From Antedon mediterranea (taxonomy: Eukaryota; Animalia; Echinodermata): a DNA stretch of 64,000 nt. A program made the translations under genes and the position numbers. The number at the start of each line of letters is the position of its first letter. The first letter of the stretch is position 1. Below the pieces are notes generated by a model. That model was not told the DNA's origin and made no database searches. It saw nothing but the letters and a program-made list of their open reading frames with translations. This document shows, in pieces, positions 50,410 to 63,400 of this stretch. The DNA lies in the NCBI RefSeq assembly GCF_964355755.1, contig NC_092674.1:30814001-30878000 (forward strand), given 5' to 3'.

Positions 50410-53400
50410 TCACTTCAGCTGACTAACATCATCTACATTTCTTTGAGCCAAATGTGCTTCAAGTATTTCCCAGAATTCCTCCCTTTCTAGCAACTGGTAT
50501 GCAACTGATAACAGGTTCTTGATAGTTTTGTGAAAGACGTCGCCACCGTACGAGAACAGATCCAAGCCTAACTCGTAGCCTTGCCCGTAATCACACTCAT
50601 CATTAGCAAACTGAACAATTGTTGTCAATTCTTGCAGTGCCTCAAATTTCTTCATTCTTACTCCTTCATTTTTGCTGTCGGCAATACTCTTAAATATTTT
50701 CTTTAGAGATGCTGCAATAGAACAAAATTATTTATGTTATTCAATATTAAGAGTTTGTCTTTCTATACCCATATCTTTCTTTTCATGCCTGTTTTTTTGT
50801 TTTATTCGGTGATCACATTGCAAAACTATACCAGGATGACTCATGACTATAAAGCTGAAACAGCTAAACATTTATAACAGGTTATTTTAACAAGCAATTT
50901 GAGTTCCAAAAATTAGGAAAAAAAAAAAAAAAAAAATGAATACTATAGTTAATTAGGCCTATGGAATAACTAAAATTAGGTCAAGTATAATTTATCTGAA
51001 ATATTTTACACGTTAATTCGTTTGATAAGATGATTTTAATAGAAACATGTTGATTATTGAAGTAAGGAAGAGGGCGCTATCATGTATCATGTCATATCAT
51101 TACAATGTCCTGCTTTACCATTGGTCTCAGGAATTGGCCTGTAACCAACATCATTCTCATCCACATTAACAATGATCCCCGCACCATGGAAGGTTTTAGC
51201 TACCACAAGTCTCTCTCTTGCTTTCATAGCTGGTGTCTTTACATCTAGACTGTAGTCATGCTTCTTAGCAAATGCACACATTTCCTTTAACAACTTCTCC
51301 AGTGATTGCTTCTTTTCACTGTCTTTGATCTTTCCAATAGTAACATCCAACTGAAGTCTATCAAAAAAAAAAATAAAGTCATGAGACAACTGGATGAAAC
51401 ACATTCGGAAGTGTTGTACATCAGACTCTCTTATTAAGGGGAAACACTATAGCCAACTCTTATTCAGGGAACACCTCTATTAAGGAATAGAATTTCTGGA
51501 AAACCAGACATATTATGCCAGTCCACGGGTCTCTGGTATTGACTGCACCTGCAAAGGCAACGTGTGTGTTGTTGTTTTCTTACTTACTTGGTGGCAGCAA
51601 ACAAGTTCTCTCCCTGTGGCGTAAACAGGTTGTTGACCTTTGACTTATTTGAAGCTACAAACACTGGAGCTTTTTTAGGTTCATCTCTAAAGAAAGATTA
51701 GAAAATAGATAACTATTACCTATATATACCTTACCTGTATTATATTGCAATTATTAGTTGCGAAAGAAACGTCCAACTACTTTTAGAGATCAAGATGGAG
51801 AGTAACTATTATTCATGATGCATTCTGGGAACTAAGAACTATGACGTCATATACAAACATATTAGAGATAGATATGTGACACTATATACTTTAAAAGAAA
51901 AGTGTCTATAAAAAGATTAGAGTCTATTAATTCACAAACTCTGCAACTAGAATAGAGCCTACAAATTTTGATCTACTAACTAATACCTGTAATATCCAAG
52001 GTGAAACTGTGAGTCGTCATCGCCCTTGACAACAGTTTGAAACTCAGGAGGGTCATAGTAATAGCGATAATGAAGAACATAGTTTGGTCGTTTGTTTTTA
52101 GTTGCTGATAGTTTACCAGAAAGAACGTCGTAAGGCCCAACAAGTTGAAGACCTAAGTCTATTAATGCATCTTTAAACCAAATAATGACAAGGTAATACG
52201 AAATATAATTAGTCTATATAAAATAAGAAATATATATACAAGATCAGTGGCTTTTTCTCATAAACCTCATGTAAAGCTTTCTAGACTATCAGTGATATGC
52301 TCAAATATGGTAGTGATATGCTCAAATATGGTAGTGATATGCTCAAATATGATACTGTGATATGACATCATGTCCATATATGGGCTCATCGCATTTTTTT
52401 GTCACATAAAGTTTGATAGTGTAGACAAGGCTTTAATTTATATCATATCATCATTATTATAATGGAGCAAACAACTAAATATTAATATTTTATTAGTTCG
52501 TTCCTACCAGATGGAGACGATTCATTTTGCATTTTGCAAAAATCCCAAAAGTCGTAAAAGTCTTGAGGCATAAAGACCTTAAACTTCCATTCTATTTCCT
52601 CCTTGATGTCCATAGAGGGCGGTGTTGGTGGACATTCTAAAACATCTTCATCTAAAATGATAAAATATCAATTCAAAAGGAATTACGGTAATTAAATCAA
52701 TTTATATTAACACAGTAGTATTGAATAATATGTCTGGATTTGAAAAAGGTCACATTTGTTTTTCTTGTTAACCCAAATAAAAACATGTAAGCTTAAATTT
52801 GTCAATATTTTTTTTCTTAATTTGAAGATTGTGGCAAAAAGAATTAGTGCTGCTATAAATGACAATGGCCCTGATTAGTGATTATGCGTACTTTCATTGC
52901 TTTTTCCCTCATTGCCTTTTCCTTCCTCCTTGCTTTCTTCGGCATTGTTTTCTTCCTCAACCTTGTTTTCACTTGGTGGTGTTTCACTCTCCTTATCATC
53001 ATTATCTATCTTCCTTTTCTTTTTTGGTGACGAATCAATCTTGAAATTTAATTTATTAAATGAACAATTATAAAGATATAACGTTAGTATTTAAAAATAG
53101 GCTCGGCCTTTATCTGACATTTGTTTTAATAAAACCACATCATGGATTGATATATTTAAAGACTGCAATTAAATAGGCGCCCTCTAGTCAGTCTACGTCC
53201 AATATATCAGAAATGCAAATGACTGTGGCCCTCTCTCTCCCCTCATTCCCAAAACAACATACATAGACATACAGACAATGCAAGCCTAGGCATGTGTTGT
53301 ATGATACTGACACAGAATTAAGTCACTTACATTAATGTCAGGCTTTCTTTTAGGATGAGAAAACTGTTTGAAATGATCTGGGTTTTTCCTGTAACAATTT

Positions 53401-53480
53401 GACCCATATTTACAGAAAGGAAGGTTGGTTTCCTCTCCATTTTTATTGGATAACAAAGTTTCTTCCTTTATCTTCTCCAT
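50410..53480 (-). CDS. HPF1: Histone PARylation factor 1 with N-terminal PBZ zinc finger
   Basis: [56 protein letters not shown]; N-terminal [21 protein letters not shown]. Seven exons. An alternative upstream in-frame ATG lies at 53534. Confidence 0.93.
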
Positions 53481-53534
53481 GTTTCGCGCCGTTTCAAAGT
53501 TGAGTGTTTTTGTTTTTGGATGAGACGAATTCAT

Positions 53535-53865
53535 TAATGTTATATGTATTCTCTCTTAATTGTGTAAAAACAAAATAAACAATAAATAATTACCACTAGG
53601 CCTACGTATTATATATTTTAAACAATTAAAAACATCTATATCATCACTTAGTGTCTGAAAACTACATAAAACGAATTATTTAATAAGGTAAAGATATAAT
53701 TTTATACAACAAAATGGTTCATTCCAAAATTGTATTCCAGCTTGACCTTTGACCTCATTTGTAAATAAAAAACAGGAAGAAGTGTCGTGTGATGTTTACT
53801 CATGATTCGATCATGCATGTTGTTTAATTTGAATTTTATGTAAAGATACCTCATGAATAAATGTA
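53535..53865. promoter_or_regulatory. Bidirectional promoter between HPF1 and CLCN3, including putative CLCN3 5'UTR exon
   Basis: HPF1 ATG and a donor AT|GTAAGT at about 53862 lie under 400 bp apart in divergent orientation. DR1 nuclear-receptor element TGACCTTTGACCT at about 53743-53755; ETS-like CAGGAAG at about 53773. Confidence 0.55.
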
Positions 53866-54482
53866 AGTCCAATGTTTGTTTTTATCTTGAATACTAAATA
53901 AAAAATAACATTATTTAGTTGGATTTTAAGGCCACCTATATATGTGTATTTTGTATCCGCCTGCTCCAACCCTCTCGAGCTAGCCTTAGTACTATACTAG
54001 ACTATTAACAACACATAACAACCAACAACCCATCCTGCTGTTGTTTTTAATTCCTCCCTGTTCTATTTTTGTTACTTTCCAACCCGCTATAGAATGGCCT
54101 AGATTTTTAAACTGATATATAAGCTATATAAAACTATAGAATAACAGTTACAATGAATTAGACTAATGTACAAATATCATTTAATATTAATAATCATATG
54201 CCTGCTATCCAATCAATATCATCTGAATTGGTATTAATTATTTTTTATTATTTGTTGTGAATAAATTTAAAGAAGTCATCTCATAATAATTATTTTCAAT
54301 TTAAAATATGCTGGTTGTTGAACTGGTCTAACCACAACTCCCCCAATACCATTACTGTACATAATTTATTTCTAATGGAAAATATTTATTTAATGTTAAA
54401 TCAATTATTCTAATTTTTTTTTTACTCTAATGTTTTTTTTTTAAATTCTGCATTTAGCTCAAGAAATTGGCAGTTGTCCTTC

Positions 54483-57400
54483 ATGAGTCTATTTGAAGCT
54501 TTTCGCCCAAAACCGTCCCTTATAAATGAGTAAGGAATAATGTATTGTCATGCGCTTAGTTCTGTTTTATATTGTTTGCTAGTCACTCACATTGCATGAT
54601 CAAGCCTTGTATGAATCAATGTTAACCATCATGTGCTTACTTCTGTAGTATTTTCATGATCAAGCCTTCTATTTTACCAACAGATAAATAATATTGAATA
54701 TAATGTTAATATTATAAAAATCCAAAAGCAAGTTACTGAAAAAATTACAATGCTGTAGATATTTTATTAAATATATATAATAATTATTATTACCGGTATT
54801 ATTTTCCTTTTTTAATAATTTTAAAAATTATAGAGTGTATTAAATATAATAATGTTAAATATAACAATGTTTGTATAATTGTGCTTCTAAGCAGTAGCAC
54901 AAATTTTCATCATTTCACATAATTTCATCACCAAAAAATTGTGTAAATGCAGCACAATAAAAAAAAACCACATTAAAATAAAGGTAAGCTTAAAACAAAG
55001 AGGTGAACACCACTGCGAACATTATATGATCTTTATATAGTAATTTTAATTTTAGGCAATACATTAGAACCACTAATTAAGTGAGCGAACTTTAATAATT
55101 ATTAAATTATTACATTTATTTCAAATTTACAGAGATAACAACTTCCAGGAATGAGTTGGCACTAAAAGATAATATAAATATATTCATAGCATATTCATAA
55201 TTTGTTATCTTAAAGACGTATTTTCCCCCTAAAAAATAATTCTTAAAAACATTTTTGTTGAATATTCTATTTTAATATAATGTAATAGTTATCCACTTTG
55301 ACCAAAAATTGGATCTAAAAAAAATGTATTTACCTGAAAAAAAATTAATTTAAAGCAAAAAATGGTAAAATTGGCTGCCAGCCAATGGATTTTTGGTTAA
55401 ATTTAACCATTTATTTTGTCGTTTTAAGGAAGTGATTAACTTTATTAAAACTACAAAATAAGATATTGAAAGTTTGATTTAATTAGTCTTCATTTTTCAT
55501 GTTTTGGGGGACAATACATCTTTAATATAAATCACTATTTTTGTCATAAAGCTAATAGCATTGGGCCACAATTGCACTGACACAAGAACCATTTCATTCA
55601 AAACAAACTAATTCATTGATTTTATGAGCCATAAAGCTAATCTATGTGTGAGTTTACATAATGTTTTTGTAAATATCCGTATATTGATCTTTTTAGCCAA
55701 AAAACAGCACCACTGCTATTAGTAGATTATATATAATATGTACGATGCTGTCACAAAATCTGGACTGTACCATTAATGAAACAGGGATGTGCTACCTGTA
55801 TTTTGTTTTAATTGAATTACATAGAGTACCAGTACTTATAAATATTGCTATTTCGGATAATGAAAATAATTATATTCGCACCACATTGGTCTAGTAGTGC
55901 TGGTAGGGTTGTTTACCGGTTTTTATTCTGAATTAATTTGACAAGACCATATTGTAATATGGTTTTGTATAAAGATTTATATTGAGTTTGAACACTTACA
56001 TTAAGGTAAGTAAAGATGTATCAGAACGAACGCAGCAATATTCTTCGGATTATATCAATCTTTCTACTGTATGTTTGGTGACGGCATCAGGTTCAACTAT
56101 AAAATGTATCTTTTTAAACTTCTTTTTAATGTATAAATTGTTTTGCATTTTGTTTAATTAATATAATATTTCTTATTGGTTTGTTTGTAAGGGTTTTTAG
56201 TTTAACACACGATTTATTGCATGGATTTAATATTTTCTTTTCATAATGTTATTTTTATGTTTTTATTTTTGATTTCACAATAGTAAAGAATAATTGCCAG
56301 TTATTTTAAGTATGCGCTTACAAATACAATATGTTTTGTAAATTGATTTATTAGAATCATCAGAAAAACCAGTAGAACGACCAGAACGTAGAACAGTAAT
56401 CACATTTATACGCATTTATTTCATTTGTAAATCATTTCATGCTTTATATATATATCACTTGAAATTTACTATTGTAGTTGCCCACACAAATTATTGACCT
56501 CTTTAACTTGAATTGTAAAGAATAGACAATTTTCTATTGAATAAATGAATGAATATTTTCAAAGGCATTTGAAGCAGGTAAGTGGCATCTTCTGCTTTAA
56601 CACATTCATTTTGTGTTACTCTTTAGGGTAGAACTGGCACCAATGGAGAGCTCAAGATTACTAGAAGATACAGATAATTCTGATATCAATGGATATCAAA
56701 GCACATTTAATGATCCTGAAGATGATGATGAATTATTAGACATCACCGATGAAAGATATCGGTCATCCTCAAAACGAGCAAAAATTGACCTTTCTCAGGG
56801 TGAGAAAATTATCATACTCATTTGAATAACCACCTGGGGCAGGGGGAGAGTACAAACTTAATTGTCAATTGGGTTCTTATTAGAAGTAAGGAAGTCTTTT
56901 CTGTTGGAAGTTTTAACAACTGACTTTTTAAAGATTTATTTGAGTCTAAAGCTCTGTCTACACTACCAATTACTACTAGTTTGACAAAAAAAAGTGTGAT
57001 GTGCCCAAATATGATAGTGATATAACCAAATATGGTAGTGATATGACATTATCATGTCCATATATGATGAGAACCTCGCATTTTTGTGGTCACATAAAGT
57101 TAGATAGTGTAGACAGAGCTTTATAAAACCCTCTTTTTGAATTTTCTGAATACTACAGTATATTTCATTAGTTATGATTTTGAATTTAATCAAAATGTTT
57201 GCTACAAATAATGATGTATCACATAATGGTTACGAGAAATTATCATTATTCGAATTCTGTTAACAAATTGAACAATTCATGATAATGATGACATTACGTC
57301 ATAAGAAAATGATAATATAAAAATGAAATAAAATATGCGCACTAAGTATGTTGAGTATCAAAATGTGTAAGTGATTCTCATGAGACTTGGCAATCGTAAT

Positions 57401-60400
57401 AGCAGCTTTAGATGGGTTATACCATTATTTAAACAGGGGATTTACAGCTTAGGTACTTACGTCACTATTTTATAAGTTTGTAAATTGAATCATAAAACAA
57501 TTTGTTAATGGTAGAATATTTATTTTCAAATTAAAAAATGTTTAAATGATAATGTGAGTGTATGCAGTAAGGAGAAATCTTAAATTGTGATTTTTACTTT
57601 TTATTACAATAAATGATTACCATTTCCTCTCATAATAATCTAAGAATATATTATGTATTTTTTTCACTTTATTTTGCAGGTAGCTCATTGGTCGATACAT
57701 TTGAAGCGATGTTACCAAGCAACGACAAATATGAAGATTTTTACACCATAGATTGGCTTCACGATAAAAACCGATCCATGCAAAGACAAAAAAAGATACG
57801 CTATAAGCGCAAACAATCGTGGTGGGCTCGTATCGTTGCATCCATTGATGATGGGTCTGGTTGGCTTGTTGTTCTATTGGTTGGTATTGCAGCAGGTAGG
57901 TCATAGGTCATTTCATGTAAATGTCAGAGGAATATTTACTTTGGTTTGGTAGCTTTTAGGTTTCATGAATCAGTTTCCTAAACGCTTTAAAAAACATCGA
58001 TTGATGTTTGGTCTTTTATTTTAGTTATCTGCTAAGTTAATAGCCTATTGATAACCATAAATAACTATGTATGTATATGTAATAGCTATGTATGTATATG
58101 TAATAGCTATGTATGTATATGTAATAGCTATGTATGTATATGTAATAGCTATGTATGTATATGTAATAGCTATGTATGTATATGTAATAGCTATGTATGT
58201 ATATGTAATAGCTATGTATGTATATGTAATAGCTATGTATGTATATGTAATAGCTATGTATGTATATGTAATAGCTATGTATGTATATGTAATAGCTATG
58301 TATGTATATGTATTGGTTCTTGAATGTCAGAATTGTAAAGTATTGTTTACTTTTTTACAACTTTTTAGGAACATGTGCCGGTATTATTGACATTGGCACA
58401 GGCTGGATGAGTGACTTAAAAGATGGAGTCTGTCGTAAAGCCTTCTGGCTGAATGCAGAACAGTGTTGTTGGGCATCAAATTTAACGTTTGGTGTGACAC
58501 AGTGCCCCCACTGGTACACTTGGGCCGAGCTACTCGGGATTCAACATGAAGGGAGTAAAGACGAGAGCGATCTTGCATACGCTGTCAACTATGTATTTTT
58601 TGTGATGTTAGCGATGGTGATGGCATCGATGGCTGTGTTACTTGTTAGAGTTTTTGCGCCATATGCATGTGGTTCAGGAATCCCAGAGGTACTGTAAGGC
58701 TTAATGTACATTGTAAGACATTGTATTTATTACAATTTGTGCAACCATCCTATGGTGACAAATATAGTTCTATATAGTGGTCAGTGGCCATATTCACCAT
58801 TCAGACTTAGGCTAAGAGAAACATTTACTGTACCCTTAAAATTAAAAAAATCTCCTATATAAGTGAATACAAGGGAAATACTTAAATATTTATTGAGTTA
58901 AGTGAAATACTCAATATTTAAGTGAAATATCTCACTTAATTGTGAATATAGCCACTGTAGTGCGAGACTGGTGCCATGTAAGTTTGAGGCACATATTTCA
59001 AAATAATACTCAAAATATCTATGTCCCTTTCAGCCACCAACTCATATTGTCTTTCACAGATCAAAACAATTTTAAGTGGTTTTATAATACGAGGTTATCT
59101 AGGAAAATGGACTCTGCTAATTAAGTCTATGACTATGATGTTAGCAGTCGCTGCTGGTCTAAGTCTGGGCAAGGAAGGTCCACTTGTTCATGTTGCCTGT
59201 TGCTGTGGAAACATTTTTTCATATTTGTTTCCAAAGTATGGAACAAATGAGGCAAAGAAGAGAGAGGTATACATTTTAAAAACCTTTTTTCCAACTATTA
59301 TAAATTGTAACCTAACTCACTATGCTTGGTGGTGTCTTTTTTTCACCCATGTGTATAAATATATTTGAGCTTAATTTAGAACAAAAAAAGCCGGAGTGGT
59401 TAAATATATATTCTTTGTAACAGGTATTGTCAGCAGCATCCGCTGCAGGTGTGTCTGTAGCGTTTGGTGCTCCTATTGGTGGTATATTGTTCAGTCTAGA
59501 GGAGGTAGGTACCTGTGGCCATATTCAACAATCACACTTAGGCTAAGTGTACTCGAAAAAGAAATACTTCACTTAAGTGTGGTTGGTAATTCCTTCTTTC
59601 AATTAAAATGTACCTGGAACTTGTGATTGGAAGCATATTAACCACCACTAATTTTAGAAAAATTGTTTCAGAGAGCATCAAACATCCAATTCATGTGTTA
59701 AGCTCTGTCTACACTATCAAACTAGTTTGACCAATAAAGTGTGATGTGCCCAAATATAGTGTAGTGATATGACATCATCATTTCCATATATAACATAACA
59801 TTTTTTTGTCACATAAAGTTTCATGATGTAGACAGAGCTTTACAAACATAAATTGCATTATGTTGTAGAAAAAGTCAAATCTAAGTTTGTACGTTTTAAT
59901 TGTGTTTCTATTTACAGGTTAGCTACTATTTCCCACTGAAGACATTGTGGCGTTCTTTCTTTTGTGCCCTTGTTGCGGCCTTTGTACTCAGAGCCATCAA
60001 TCCGTTTAGTACTGATCATCTTGTTATGTTTTACATTGATTACAACAATCCATGGTTTATTTGGGAACTTTTCCCGTTTATTTTGCTCGGAATATTTGGG
60101 GTAAGTGACATTTTTTATTTATTTATATTGTAGTTAAATATTACCATAGATAATCACAAGACATGAATACTTCTTATAAATGATTTCTTTACATTAATCA
60201 TTAATATTTCATTTTATAGGGTCTTTATGGTGCTTTGTTTAATTATTGTAACTTAAAATGGTGCAGATACCGAAAAACTTCTTCACTCGGTAACTATGCT
60301 ATTACAGAGGTATGTTCATTTATATTTTTACATTGACCTTGAATGAGGTTTATTAGAGCTTGTTTTTGAGTGTAAAAATAAACTCTTTTGTAAACTGTAA

Positions 60401-63400
60401 ACTGCACAATATATATATACATATTTCATGTGTATAATAATTTTAATGTGCTTGTTTTTTAGTTGAGTGTAACTCACTTCACTGTAAACTGTTTTGTCTG
60501 ACAACATTTATTACTTTTCTATATTTCATGTGTATAATAGTTTTAATTTCTCTGTTTTAGGTTGTATTGTTAACCTTTATCACAGCTATAATTAGCTATC
60601 TTAACCCGTACACTAAACAGAATACAAGCGAACTCATTGCGCAACTTTTTCAGAATTGTGGTCCAGAAGACGATGTTAATTTATGGTTTGTAAATTCACC
60701 AATGCTTTTATTCTTTCATTAAAGCTTTAATTTTTTTAGTCTTTCATTCATTCATTAAATCTTTCATTTTTTATGTTTTTCATTCATTAAATCTTCATTT
60801 TTTCATTCTCTCTTTTCAATCATTCATTCATTAAATCGAATGTAAATTGACTTTTCAAGTTTAGCAAAAAAAAAGTTATTTTACCTAAGGCTTTTTTTTT
60901 TCTCTCTCTTTTTTGCAGTGACTATCGACGGAACATTACAGATGTTGATAAGAACAGCTGGCCTGGAGCTGTAGCAGGTCCTGGACTCTACACAGCCATG
61001 TGGCAGCTATCCTTAGCACTTGTTTTCAAGGCTGTTATCACAGTGTTTACATTTGGTATTAAGGTACCAGCTGGCTTGTTTATTCCGAGTATGGCTGTAG
61101 GCGCTATCGTTGGAAGGATTGTGGGTATCGGAATTGAGCAGCTTGCAGTGTGAGTTGCAGATTCGTTATTATTTTTATTGATAAAAATAGGAAATTCATA
61201 ATCTAATTAATAATGATATGAGAAGATAAGCATTTTAAAAATAAACACACAGATGTAAGAAATTATCAACAATAATGAATATTATTTATTGATTGACCTT
61301 AATTATTATTAATCCCTTCAATTATAGGGCAACAGCAGTGTTTATACGTGTTTTATATATGTATAATTATTTAATAAAATTAATGGACCAAGATTTCTTT
61401 TTATTTTTCCTTTTCAGACATAACCCAGACTTGATGATATTTAACTCATGCAAACCAACTGAGGCGTGTATAATGCCAGGGCTGTATGCTATGGTAGGGG
61501 CAGCTGCTACATTGGGAGGAGTCACCAGAATGACAGGTACAGTAAATGTTTACTCTGTTTTCTTTTAGTGAGTACTTTTCAATGTGAGGATAATTGTATA
61601 CTTACTTACTTACTTAGTCAAGGACTAACTTATATCACTATTCCTCCTTAACTTCCTATCTGCCATTGTATACCTACTTAGTCAAGGACAAACTTATATC
61701 ACTATTCCTCCTTAACTTCCTATCTGCCATTGTATACTTACTTAGTCAAGGACAAACTTATATGACTATTCCTCCTTAACTTCCTATCTGCCATTGTATA
61801 CTTACTTAGTCAAGGACAAACTTATATTACTATTCCTCCTTAACTTCCTATCTGCCATTGTATACTTACTTAGTCAAGGACAAACTTATATGACTATTCC
61901 TCCTTAACTTCCTATCTGCCATTGTATACTTACTTAGTCAAGGACAAACTTATATCACTATTCCTCCTTAACTTCCTATCTGCCATTGTATACTTACTTA
62001 GTCAAGGACAAACTTATATGACTATTCCTCCTTAACTTCCTATCTGCCATTGTATACTTACTTAGTCAAGGACAAACTTATATCACTATTCCTCCTTAAC
62101 TTCCTATCTGCCATTGTATACTTACTTAGTCCAGGACAAACTTATATGACTATTCCTCCTTAACTTCCTATCTGCCATTGTATACTTACTTAGTTCAGGA
62201 CAAACTTATATCACTATTCCTCCTTAACTTCCTATCTGCCATTGTATACTTACTTAGTTCAGGACAAACTTATATCACTATTCCTCCTTAACTTCCTATC
62301 TGCCATTGTATACTTACTTAGTTCAGGACAAACTTATATCACTATTCCTCCTTAACTTCCTATCTGCCATTGTATACTTACTTAGTTCAGGACAAACTTA
62401 TATCACTATTCCTCCTTAACTTCCTATCTGCCATTGTATACTTACTTAGTCCAGGACAAACTTATATCACTATTCCTCCTTAACTTCCTATCTGCCATTG
62501 TATATTTACTTAGTTCAGGACAAACTTATATCACTATTCCTCCTTAACTTCCTATCTGCCATTGTATACTTACTTAGTTCAGGACAAACTTATATCACTA
62601 TTCCTCCTTAACTTCCTATCTGCCATTGTATACTTACTTAGTTCAGGACAAACTTATATGACTATTCCTCCTTAACTTCCTATCTGCCATTGTATACTTA
62701 CTTAGTCAAGGACAAACTTATATGACTATTCCTCCTTAACTTCCTATCTGCCATTGTATACTTAGTCAAGGACAAACTTATATCACTATTCCTCCTTAAC
62801 TTCCTATCTGCCATTGTATACTTACTTAGTTCAGGACAAACTTATATGACTATTCCTCCTTAACTTCCTATCTGCCATTGTATACTTACTTAGTCAAGGA
62901 CAAACTTATATGACTATTCCTCCTTAACTTCCTATCTGCCATTGTATACTTACTTAGTCAAGGACAAACTTATATCACTATTCCTCCTTAACTTCCTATC
63001 TGCCATTGTATACTTACTTAGTCAAGGACAAACTTATATCACTATTCCTCCTTAACTTCCTATCTGCCATTGTGAAAGCAAGTTCGTCTCTGGTACATCA
63101 ATGTATGTGAGAGCTGGCCTTTCTTGTTTTGCAAGCCCATGTGAAATATTTTCTTTTTTATTGCAAAGACAGTGTCCAGAAAATGTCAGTCTTCTTCTTC
63201 TTTTGTGTAATCATAAACAAAAAATACTAATACATAATGTAAAATATGGTTTTTTTTATTCGTTCTGCTGTGGTGAATGTGGTTCCAGAATAAAACATGT
63301 TCCTTCTTCTGCATCTTCTTCCATTCTTCATACAGTATATATGATTGATTTAATTGTTACTTTACAGTATCGTTAGTGGTCATTATGTTTGAGCTGACCG

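Noticed and set aside
58048-58390. Cys-rich (NSYVCIC)n and (MYVYVIA)n ORFs
   Set aside because: Translations of a 21-bp intronic minisatellite.
61595-63073. CRISPR-like array
   Set aside because: Units are contiguous and near-identical with no unique spacers, there are no cas genes, and it lies in a eukaryotic intron; it is a satellite.
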